Part shown: piece after piece, positions 9,850 to 20,000 of the stretch | Layout of the letters: every line of letters begins with the position of its first letter | How positions within the stretch are numbered: position 1 is the stretch's first letter | Assembly (NCBI GenBank): GCA_009602725.1 | Contig: WELB01000005.1 | Span: forward strand, 1,512,128 to 1,532,127 | Reading direction: 5' to 3' | DNA: 20,000 bases | DNA from: Spirogloea muscicola | Taxonomy: Eukaryota | Translations under genes and position numbers: made by a program | Notes under the pieces: model-generated | Told to the model about the DNA's origin: nothing | Database searches by the model: none | Seen by the model: only the letters and a program-made list of their open reading frames with translations

Positions 9850-10245
9850 ATGACCCGTCCACGACCTGTCGACGGCTATCAACGGCTACCACCGACAATC
9901 TACCCGTCACTCGCAGCTGACGGTCACTACCCCCAGGCTATCGTCAGCCGTCTATCATCCCCGTCAATACTAACGGCTAACAATGCCGTCAAGGCAGTCT
10001 ACAGCGCTGCCACCTCCCGTCGCCGTTCCAGCGCCAGCACCATGCTGTCTCGCGTGTCACGACTCCGGGTTGCGCCGCTCTCAGCTCTATATCAAAGCCA
10101 CGCTGCCCAGCCTGGTGAAATTGTCCGTCTCCAGGCATCTGTCAAGCCTTTCCTGCGGCACTGACAGTCAATTTATTTATCAGCCGGATGAGGTATCTAA
10201 TCTCCAGGCATCTGTCAATACATTACAGCTGCATTGACATTCCAG
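9850..10245. repeat. Block dense in CCGTC(A)/CTGTCA-type motifs in both orientations, with a 17-bp direct repeat
   Basis: More than a dozen CCGTC/GACGG/AACGG/CTGTCA/TGACAG motifs. CTCCAGGCATCTGTCAA occurs at 10130-10146 and 10202-10218. The block runs into the gap. Confidence 0.6.
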
Positions 10246-11071
10246 CCATGTAAATTCGTTACAANNNNNNNNNNNNNNNNNNNNNNNNNNNNNNNNNNNN
10301 NNNNNNNNNNNNNNNNNNNNNNNNNNNNNNNNNNNNNNNNNNNNNNNNNNNNNNNNNNNNNNNNNNNNNNNNNNNNNNNNNNNNNNNNNNNNNNNNNNNN
10401 NNNNNNNNNNNNNNNNNNNNNNNNNNNNNNNNNNNNNNNNNNNNNNNNNNNNNNNNNNNNNNNNNNNNNNNNNNNNNNNNNNNNNNNNNNNNNNNNNNNN
10501 NNNNNNNNNNNNNNNNNNNNNNNNNNNNNNNNNNNNNNNNNNNNNNNNNNNNNNNNNNNNNNNNNNNNNNNNNNNNNNNNNNNNNNNNNNNNNNNNNNNN
10601 NNNNNNNNNNNNNNNNNNNNNNNNNNNNNNNNNNNNNNNNNNNNNNNNNNNNNNNNNNNNNNNNNNNNNNNNNNNNNNNNNNNNNNNNNNNNNNNNNNNN
10701 NNNNNNNNNNNNNNNNNNNNNNNNNNNNNNNNNNNNNNNNNNNNNNNNNNNNNNNNNNNNNNNNNNNNNNNNNNNNNNNNNNNNNNNNNNNNNNNNNNNN
10801 NNNNNNNNNNNNNNNNNNNNNNNNNNNNNNNNNNNNNNNNNNNNNNNNNNNNNNNNNNNNNNNNNNNNNNNNNNNNNNNNNNNNNNNNNNNNNNNNNNNN
10901 NNNNNNNNNNNNNNNNNNNNNNNNNNNNNNNNNNNNNNNNNNNNNNNNNNNNNNNNNNNNNNNNNNNNNNNNNNNNNNNNNNNNNNNNNNNNNNNNNNNN
11001 NNNNNNNNNNNNNNNNNNNNNNNNNNNNNNNNNNNNNNNNNNNNNNNNNNNNNNNNNNNNNNNNNNNNNNN

Positions 11072-11192
<121 letters not shown>

Positions 11193-11734
11193 CGCCGTCG
11201 TCGCCGCCGCCGCCGCCGCGCCGCCGCCGCCGGCTTGGCTCGCCGCGCCTCGCTCGGCTAGCTCGTTGTCGTGGCCCGCGGCGGAGGCGCCTCGGAGCTC
11301 GCCGTGGCACCCTTCCTGCTCCTGCGCTGCCGCCGCCACCTGCTGGAGGGCCTTTCTGCTTCCGGCGCCAGAGAACGGGCTCCAGGTGCGGCACGGTCGC
11401 GCTCGTCCCTCGAGCCACGCTTGACCAGCGAGTACTCTTCCCAGCCAACGGCGTTATCCGGAGGCACAGGCTGTACTCCTCCGCAGCTGAAGCAAGTGGG
11501 ATAATCTGGATTGACACACGACCCCAGCGAGCTCCATCCAATTCCCATCAGAGCTTGAAATATTGGCATACTGGCGCAGGCTTTGTCATTCCAAATCAAA
11601 GTTCGTGTGGCCGGAAATCAACCAGAGGAACGCCGATGCAGGACCAGCTGTTGATGAGATGTTGCATGTTGGCGGCTGCAGGTCCTAAGAGACCTCTCCT
11701 GTCCAGAGACCTCCCCTGTCCAGCCATCAGAGCC

Positions 11735-13673
11735 ATGGGGGGTGACACGCAAGCAGCCGAGATGTCCAAAGCTCGCGGAACTTCTGGACCTCCCAACCTA
11801 GGGAAGCTATCGTCGCAAGTGGTGCCTCACATTGTAAACATGTGAGGCACACAGACTCAAGTCGTGATGCTACACGCAGCTGCTCAGTGGTGGTAACTTG
11901 GTGATAGGGTGATTGGGGGTCCTAAATACAGCCAGTCCCCATGAGCACCTCTGCGCTTAGCATGACACACTACCTGCCTTTTGAGCATTATCGAACATGC
12001 TAACATATCTGCCTGAAAGTAATGAGCTACTGTTAGCACTCTCTGCATGCTGGTGGAGCAATTTGCCTTGGTCTTCTATTGCTTCTTTGGTGGGTCATCT
12101 GTTATGATATAATAGGGCCATCAGACGTTGTCATCCAGGAATGCTTGCTTGTAGAAATTATCCAAGACAGCAGCTGTGTAGGCAGCACCTGGCAGACAGT
12201 ACTGATGCTTGCATTAGAATTGCCCTGCTATCCTGTCCAGCTACAATTGTACTTCGACGCCTGCAGATTTTGCAGTCTATGCTCCCAGTGCAACCTTTGA
12301 GGATCCCCTCATGCGTGCTCACGGGTGAGCCCCATTAGTTATGTTGACAAGCTTGTGCATTATTTTGGCCACCTTCTTTACTTGGTGCACCATGTGATTA
12401 TGGATCACCGTCTTGCACGCAATGCTTACAAGTTGGAACATCATTGTTGTGATGGCTTTGGCAGGGTGGACCAGATCAAGTCAGCCTTCTACTCGCTTCC
12501 CAAGGTGATTGTCTGTCTGCATTGCTACATTGTTGGACACACTATCACACATTGTGGTGGTTGATTGTGATGTAATCCATATGGAGTAGTTTCTGATCCT
12601 GATACACATTGTTGTGATGAAATGTACAAGTGATTGATATATTGCCATCAGATTGATAAGCAACTTCATCACGTGTTCTTCTAACATCTAAACAACCAAT
12701 ACTTGGCTGCATGTGAAGTGCCAATCTTGACTCAATCTTTATTGGTCCTGCTTAAACAGCTGTTCAGAGAATCTCGAATTGCTGATTACACAGTGGAGGA
12801 GGTTGAGAGTGATCCTAATTGTGGCGAGGTAACTGTTCCAGTTGTCCCCCATGCGTCAGGTCTTTCTTGATAGGTGGACTTGGCGGAACATGGTTCCTGC
12901 AATTGCCAGAACTGATGCACAATTTCAGCTGATGTTACTGTCATATTGTGCAGATCAAAATTGACAACACCCAACATTACAATGCTTTTGGCAAAGAGTT
13001 CGACATGCCCTCTATCATCACACTCAAAGTAAACAACACTTATCACAAGCCTGCTGAAGTGGCTCGTCTGTCTTGAACTTACCAACCGGTAGCTCGTGCT
13101 AGCTGAATCTTGCTTGGCTTTCACGTGTGTGCTATTCAAACACAAAGCCCGGACCAAGTACAATGTGAGCTTTTGCTGTTCATGATTGCAAAGACATATG
13201 TAAAGCAATCAACATAACTCCTGACTTGCTTTCACATTGTGGACTTGCAGATTGTGGATGGCAAAGTGGTCTCCCACGAGGATTGGTATGGTTGATTTGC
13301 CTTGGCTACAAGATACAGTGCATGAATAGTCTTCTCTGCCTGTGCATGGGTTGCAGATAGATGCAATTACTCTTTCCAGTGCACAAGTACAGCAGTAGCT
13401 ATTTAGGCCTGCATCGCTGGAAGGCGTGAGCATGACACAGCATCCATCTTTTACCACAGACATCAATTGAGTCAGCAAGTAAGGTATTGCAGTCAGGTGC
13501 AGTGCTGACTTTATGTTTCTGGCATTTTCATATTGAGCAGGTGGAATAAGAGGCCCTTCTGGTCCAGGGAAACTGTGCCGCTGCCTCTAGTCGGCAGAGC
13601 TGCCACAGGGTGGCGTCGCATGAACATGCTTTTTACCCATGCCATGATGGGGTTCGGTAAAGATCCAAAGTGA
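11735..13673 (+). CDS. NTF2/SnoaL-like family protein, ~180 aa (7 exons)
   Basis: GT-AG exons 11735-11841, 12241-12324, 12465-12504, 12760-12828, 12954-13028, 13251-13285 and 13541-13673 join in frame: MGGDTQ...VVPHIVNIYNCTSTPADFAVYAPSATFEDPLMRAHGVDQIKSAFYSLPKLFRESRIADY...IKIDNTQHY...IVDGKVVSHEDWWNKRP...MLFTHAMMGFGKDPK*. This resembles the plant At5g04830-type NTF2 family (from recall). An upstream exon is possible. Confidence 0.92.
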
Positions 13674-14161
13674 AGCTCCTACACCCTCAGCTATTAAGAG
13701 CTGCAAATGGTTCCGTGCAGTCATAGAGCTGACTCTTTTGTCTTGCTCACCAGCATTTCAGATTGAGTCCCACAGCACTCATGCCTAGATAGATGTCACC
13801 GCATCCATTTACATTTGTACAGTGTTGCTTCATTGACAATGATCTGCACCTTTGTGCTTGGGCTTCTAGTCCGTAACATTCTGTAGTGGAGCATGCTTTC
13901 CATACTGTGCATTAACTTGGCTGAGTGGCACATGAGCTAGCAACTTCTGGAGCTGCACTCCATCAGCGGCTTATGCGATGTGCTGTAATTACTCAGAAAT
14001 CATGATTGAAATTTGTAGCTGCACCATCTGCCAATAGGCTCATGCAACAGCATCATACTAGTATATCAACTTAGGCAGGGGTTCCTATCACCTAACCAAA
14101 GTCAAATTTTAACATGTAGGCAGCACCCACTTGTAGTTTCGCATCTGCTGAGTAGCTTCTC

Positions 14162-16368
14162 TCAGTGGTCCTCGTCGCTCAGCCCGGGGCATTCATCGTT
14201 CATTTGTTGGAAGCTTGGATACTGCAATGTAGGCAGGCATTTAGAGAGCTTACTTGCACAATCCTCATCAGTAAGTTAAGGCTATGCTTACTTGAAGGTG
14301 ACAGCTCTCTTTGCCGCAGCAAGGCTGTGAACATTCAAGCTAAGGTCAGAGTGTAAAGGTCCACCTGGATGCCACAGTATAGGCAGAAGAAGTACTGTGA
14401 CCGCAGCCTTTCCAGAAGCTCATAAAGGATCTGTTGAAATCACAAAACAGATTCTTAGGGTACTTGCAGCAAACTCACCTAGCTACCTGAAAATCTTCAT
14501 GACTTAATTAACACAAAATACATGTGCGCACTGGAATTTGTGGCCTGCTTAATAGCAAGTGAAGTACGCTCAGATACATCACCTGGTCGCTGGCCCACAA
14601 GGTAGAGGACCCTGCTTGGCATGCACTTGAAGCAGAGAATATTGCACGGCCAAGACAGCTAGCCTTAATGAAAGCATGAAAGTAGTATAATTTCCGTACC
14701 TCGGGTGTAAATAGTTCCTCATCTTCCTCCTCCCCAGTCGCCGCTTTCGGCGGGCTACTCTCCACATCTGCCAAGCCGCCCTCTCTGCGTCGGAAGATTG
14801 CAAGGGGTTCCAGTTTCTCTTCCTCCCTCGCCTCTGCCTCACGCAACGCCCGGGGAACGGCCTCGGCTGCAGGTTCCGCATCATCGCCGAAACTGCCGAG
14901 GCTGGCCCGCGCTCGGCTGATGTCGGCACGGAGCTTCCGCCCCTCCCACCTTCCCCTGCTGCGAGTCTGAAAGCCCTTCCGAACGTCCTCAAGCTCCACT
15001 TGCGCCTGCAATGCACAGCTACACGAAGTTGTTTCTGCTCTGTGACTAGCTCCAAGGTCAGGTGAATCATGGCTGCTGCATTTGAAGCACACTGCAGCTC
15101 TAGATACTCAGACACCCAGAAATTACTGCAGCTCTAGATACTCAGACACAAGCTACTATGCAGTCCTGATTCTCTTGCACGTAGCCCAAAGGAACGGATA
15201 TTAATTCCTTGATGTAAAAGACAATATCGGCCACCAGGTATTACTGCATGCACTTTGCTTGTTTCAGGTCAGACTTCTTGCTCAAAGAACACATTTTGCA
15301 TACGCCCTGCAGAAAATTGTAACTCAGACTAAGTGGAGGCCAAGTTGCCAATTGGCGTCTAGAAGCGACAGTCGAACCTTCAGCTGCTGCCGGGAAGCTT
15401 CCTCCTCTCGCTTGCGCTTAAGCTCACGCTGCAGCTCGTCCACACCAAGGCCCGTGCGCCCGCGCTTCAGGTCCAGGCCCAGGGGCTCCACCCTCCCCTG
15501 CCCCGCCCTGCCTTCCCTTCCCACAGAAGTTGTCATGTTTAAAGCAAGTCCTGCTAGTGCTTGATTTAGTTGCACACTGACGCTCTCAAGCATTTTGCAG
15601 CTCTAAGCACCACTATCATGGCAGACACTGTAGATGTTAACTTCAGGTGTGTACCAATGGCCTGGCCAGCCTGGTAGCCCATCTGCTGCAGCAGCTTGAA
15701 GCCAATATTTGAGGACGGAATGCTCGTGCTCATGCCCGCCTCCCGCAACTCGTGCTCCTTCTCCTTTGGCTTGAAGGGCATCCGCCGCGCCTCAGCCACA
15801 GGCCGCGCTGAGCTCGGCTGCTGAGAAGGAGATAGTGGTAGTGAGAGAGCAGTAATTGGCAAGAGGATGGAGAGCTGCAATGCGGACAATGGTTGCCAGT
15901 ATGCCTTCCAGCTTAGGTGTGAGAAGCCAAATCCGGGACTGGCAGTCGCCACCTCTGCAGTAAGAGCCGGCCCAGAGCCTGTCATATTAAGCCCAGTCGA
16001 TCTGTTCCTTTAGTCCCTGATTTAACACCTGATCTACTGGCGTGCCTTGGGTGCCGCTGCTAGAGACAGGCTGCTGACAGCGGCTGAGACCGCCTTCTCC
16101 ACACTACTCGAGCCCAAAGAAAGGTTGGGCAGCCCGTTGCGCCTCCTTCCGAGGCCTCATCCTTGAGCCTTGAAAGCCCAAATTCTGGACTGCACGTTGG
16201 CACTTTCGTCGTAAGTACTGGGCGAGCTGCACTGAGTACCTTGCGCTCGCCGCTGTCGGCCGGCAGGAAGAGGCTGAGGTCCGCCATATAGTCCGGCTCC
16301 TCCTCAGCCCCGGCGCTGGCTGCCGGCGGCTCCATCCTGGCCCTGGCGCCGCTGCTGCCGCCGGCCAT
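14162..16368 (-). CDS. GPATCH11: G-patch domain + DUF4187 protein (GPATCH11/CCDC75-like)
   Basis: Exons 16368-16240 (EEEPDYMADLSLFL), 15820-15655 (IPSSNIGFKLLQQMGYQAGQAIG, G-patch), ~15551-15378 (GRVEPLGLDLKRGRTGLG; acceptor ambiguous), 15005-14700, 14430-14365 (LLERLRSQYFFCLYCG), 14221-14162 (YPSFQQMNDECPGLSDEDH*, typical DUF4187 ending). Confidence 0.9.
15091..15149. repeat. 25-bp direct repeat with 9-bp spacer in an intron
   Basis: ACTGCAGCTCTAGATACTCAGACAC at 15091-15115 and 15125-15149. Confidence 0.9.
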
Positions 16369-16974
16369 CGGCCCCCTTGCGCGAGCACAGCTCAGGCCTC
16401 TGGGCTGCCCATGGCGGTCTCGGCAGCGACTTAACCCCACATAGGCCGCGGGCCACAACTCAAAGCCAAGCGTCCTTCACTGCGAGCCTTTCCCCGTCTA
16501 GGCAGTCGCCGCAAGCAGCATGAGCAAAGCCTAGCTCGGTCCCAACACACGCCACGCGGATTGCTCAGATGCTAATGAGCAAGCCGTTGCCCGCTGCCGT
16601 CACTGCCGTCGTCGTCGCCACCGCCCAGCAGCAGCCAAGGAGGGTGCGCAGGGGCCGCTAATCCTGCTCCATGGGAGCTGCCTGCAGGCAGACATGAGCG
16701 CTCCTGGGAAAAGGCACGAGGTGCGCGGAGAACGAGAGGGAAGGGCCGCGGTGCTTATGACATGAGTGGGTGAGCTATCTAAGCCAACACGCTGTTCAGG
16801 CAGAAGAGAATGGAACTTGTATGTGGTGATGGAGGGCCTGAGCTGAGCAAAAGTCCGACATCTTCCAACATAAGCCAGTGGGAGGGAGGCCAAAGCAAGC
16901 CAGTACACTGTGTAAGAAGCACAAAAACAGAAAGTTGAACAGGGGCCAACGAAAAAGTTGGCGGGAGGGTGCTC

Positions 16975-17330
16975 ACCATGTGGAGTGGGCTAATGATGAG
17001 CGACGCAACGATGGTGTTGAAGAACATAGCGCAACAGGCAGCGTCAAGTTGCCTCTCCGCAGAGGTCAACGCCATCACACAAGGTGCACCTTGATGATCA
17101 TGTGAAGTGTTCTCTGCCGAGTATGGATTCTGCATCGACTTTTGTGGGTGGTGGAGGCAGTAAATTCCGCAGTGGAGGCAGTGCGGTCCCCTGCTATTCT
17201 CGGTACCATGCAACTCATTGCCCATCGATCTGCCACATCCTTTACTCGCACGTCAGGTATCCACCGATTTGAGAGCGTCCCATGCGTAGTGATTCATCAC
17301 TATTTCTTGAAGCAATTGACGGCATGAAGT
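16975..17330 (-). mobile_element. Possible degenerate hAT transposase N-terminus (BED finger-like)
   Basis: One frame reads HYAWDALKSVDT*RASKGCGR...HCLHC...AERQLDAACCAMFFNT, loosely matching a BED finger followed by the hAT 'D.AIARFF' segment. One stop; no TIR pair found. Confidence 0.25.
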
Positions 17331-18308
17331 CCACCGCTTTCGCGGGCTTCTAGCAGCTAGCTACAGAGGCTGTAATCTCCAGACTATTACCATGAGCAAG
17401 CGCCAATGGCTGGTGGGGCCCGCAACAGATGGCTGAGAAGGAAAAGCCTGCTTTCACAGTGCTGAGGAGCAGTCTTGAAGCATGCCATTAATTTTACAAA
17501 ACCCCTGCGATCTCTCTCAAGCAACTCACCCCTATGCTTGCACCACGCGCAATGCGCTTGAGCGGAAGGGAAAGGAGCGCAGTACGCTTGAAATGAATTG
17601 AATTGTATTCACGCCAACCCCCGTTCTTAACTAAAGCAGAGGAATGGCACTGAATGTGACTACACAAAATGAAAGTCTTAAGGGTCAGGGGCAAAGGAAG
17701 GAGAGGCAGATGACCCTTTCAGGCAAATCCGTAAGAAGCAGAAAGTGGCCTCGGCAGAAGGAGCCACCATGCAGCACCTTCAAGACTTGATGCAAGCTGG
17801 CCAAGGACATAAGCCCAGCCCACAGCGCCCAACCTCTACCCTCTCAATGCCGCTCAATGACGCTCACCCAGCATATACCATGGCATTGGCGTGCAGATCT
17901 GCGGCAATCTGCGTGGCTCAAGCTACACCCATCTGTCTCCGGCTCACACACTTGCAACCGGGCATGAAGGCCTGATGCTACAGCGCATCGACAGTTGAGA
18001 TGGTGGCTAAACTTCTGTTGGGTCTTGATTTTTATTCATGATGTATGAGCAATCAAGACCGAAATGTCTCCACTTGCAGTGAGCACCTGCTGATAAAAGT
18101 AGGTGACTGACAAGCTACAGTGAGAAAGAAGTGAGCTACAGTGAGCACAAGCTTGTCATAGTACTCGAGCCTTTTGCAATGCCTTCGACCAGGACTTTTT
18201 GCAACTAGCTAGGAGGGGCGTATTGGCCTCAGAAGGCCTGCCCCTGTACCACAATGAAGCCTGCCCAGCACCATGATCAAGTCTGAGGTATCGAATCCTG
18301 CCTCTTGC

Positions 18309-19585
18309 TTACATGGCGCCGCCTGCACTCATGGGGGCAGCTGGCCTCTGCATCATTTGCACTGGCGGTGCGACGCCGTCTGTCTTCATGTTCTTGGCTG
18401 GAGCAGGGAGTCCAGCACCAGTGCCCTTGACACCAGTGAACGGAATCGTCTGCACGCACATAGCTCCCAGGGAGTGGCGCAATATCAGCACCAGGACAGT
18501 GTGGTCTTGCTCTTGGCAAGGACAGAAGGGCATTCAGCAGGAATACGTGCACACGTGCCATCACTTGTTCAGTTATAAGTCAGCTCAGCAACAGGCTTCC
18601 TATGCTCGCTCACATAGGTGGGATCCGAGTAGCCAAGCTGGCGGCCCTGCTGGCACTGAAGGAAGCAGCCGCAGCAGCAGGCGAGGATGCAGTCCGTGGT
18701 GTCATTGCCCTGCGGAGAACACATTTTCTCATGTGAGGTACACTGAAGATACATCTGGTCTCAGACAGCTTGCGATGCTTTGGATGCTTTGGGTCCACAC
18801 ATCACCACGGCATGTCAGAACAAGTTTGGACCAGCCACCTTGAGGTTATATTTCTGGCGGAGGACGCTGCGCTGGGCGGTGAAGTAACAGGGACCAAGGC
18901 AGATGCAGCCCATGATGAGCTGCTGAATGCAGTGGCCCTCGCACGAGATTTCAGGCTCAATCTGGTGCGCGTTACGGCAGCTCATCCAGCATGGGCAGCA
19001 GTAGCCCCAAATGAGGCCTGCAAGTCACCCATGGGTGGCGAGGGAGGAGCCAAGGAGCGGATGAGGAGGCTTGACAGCATGGCACTTATGGCTGCCAGCC
19101 ATTCCACAACTGCGCCAAGAAAAACCTGAGCCTAAGCAATGGCGGGCTGAGCGCACAAACTTACAGAGGGGGATATCTTCCCAGAAGGCGAACGGGCCAG
19201 TGTTCCACTCATTCGTCCCGGTCTGGAAGCCACCGGAAAGGTCAGGATAACCGCAAGGTCAGGTGTGCTCGGCAGGCCAAACTTGCACGAGTATACAGCA
19301 GCTATGCTCATGGGCAGGCTGATTACACGTATCTATGCATCCCGTCCACAAACAGAACGCACTGCTGCTTTAGATAAGGAGCTTCAAGTTCGGCGGGCAT
19401 CTTGCAGCACGCAGCGCAGGCAAGCACGTCGTCAACACACCCACCTCCTCCGACTTGCCGAGGTTCTTGAGGACTGCAATGCTCTTCTGAATACTCGGGC
19501 CGAGCGCGTCCAGGCCATCCTTGATCTTTCCGAAGTCCGGTACCAGCCATGCGTTGAGGTCGTTGGGAGGCGCTGCGGCGCCCAT
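18309..19585 (-). CDS. PLAC8 family (PCR/CNR/FW2.2-like) cysteine-rich protein, ~204 aa (5 exons)
   Basis: GT-AG exons 19585-19445, 19222-19165, 19017-18839, 18709-18614 and 18449-18309 join in frame: ...EWNTGPFAFWEDIPLCLIWGYCCPCWMSCRNAHQI...PCYFTAQRSVLRQKYNLKGNDTTDCILACCCGCFLQCQQGRQL..., giving the PLAC8 motifs W.TG, CCPC, R.KYNL.G and DC...CC...CQ..R. Probable 5' UTR intron ~19734-19613. Confidence 0.92.
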
Positions 19586-20000
19586 TGTGGACTAACCAAG
19601 CGACCTGGCCGGCTGCGTAACAATGCGGGCTTCTTGTCACGGCAGGTTGGGCAGCCAGTACCAGCAGTCTCAGTCTCAGAGCGGCCCCCCAGACAGCCGG
19701 CTGCTATGCGAGACCTTGCCACGGCGGTGTTTACCTCAGAGTCCCGTTCTGATGGTGCCGCTCAAGCGGGAGGGAGAGCTCCGCAAGTGCTGCTTCCAGC
19801 GACGGCAATGGGCAGGAGGAGTTTGGCAATGGGGACACAGGCAAGCAAGTGGAGTAGAGCAAGGCAGCTCTCGGCGCGCAGCTTGGGGGCGCCAAGGGGC
19901 CGGAGGGAGGTGCGGAGGTGCGGAGGTGGGATGTGGGCGGATGGAAACTGGGCTTTACCAACCTCGGTCCGAAGGAGGAGAAGGGAAGGGGGAGGCGGGG

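Noticed and set aside
12481..13478. Cys-rich minus-strand ORFs that superficially suggested a viral envelope-like gene
   Set aside because: They are antisense to the well-supported spliced NTF2-like gene and carry no coherent motif.
16600..16780. Possible first exon of a gene divergent from the G-patch gene (MSAPGKRHE|GT)
   Set aside because: No convincing downstream exons or homology could be assembled.

Overview
Intron-rich eukaryotic genomic DNA, most consistent with a green-lineage (streptophyte alga/early plant) draft assembly; three N gaps (675-832, 5923-6073, 10265-11071). Reading splice sites by hand gives five spliced genes that the ORF track misses or fragments: the 5' end of an organellar phenylalanyl-tRNA synthetase (-, runs off the left edge), a class IV glutaredoxin (GRX-DEP-DUF547, -), an NTF2/SnoaL-like protein (+), a G-patch/DUF4187 (GPATCH11-like) protein (-) and a PLAC8/PCR cysteine-rich protein (-). 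The most unusual signal is a family of short 3' fragments of a CRE-like (RLE-type) non-LTR retrotransposon. Three are stacked just upstream of the PheRS start codon, and one (7317-7645) has a 10-bp target-site duplication. Its GGCTG/CAGCC 3' stem-loop occurs eight times in the window, seven of them within 6.7-8.5 kb. Also present: a 37-bp G-box-flanked inverted repeat, a CCGTCA-motif-dense block beside a broken ORF with a ParB-like motif, and a possible hAT/BED relic. All family assignments come from recalled motifs, not database searches.
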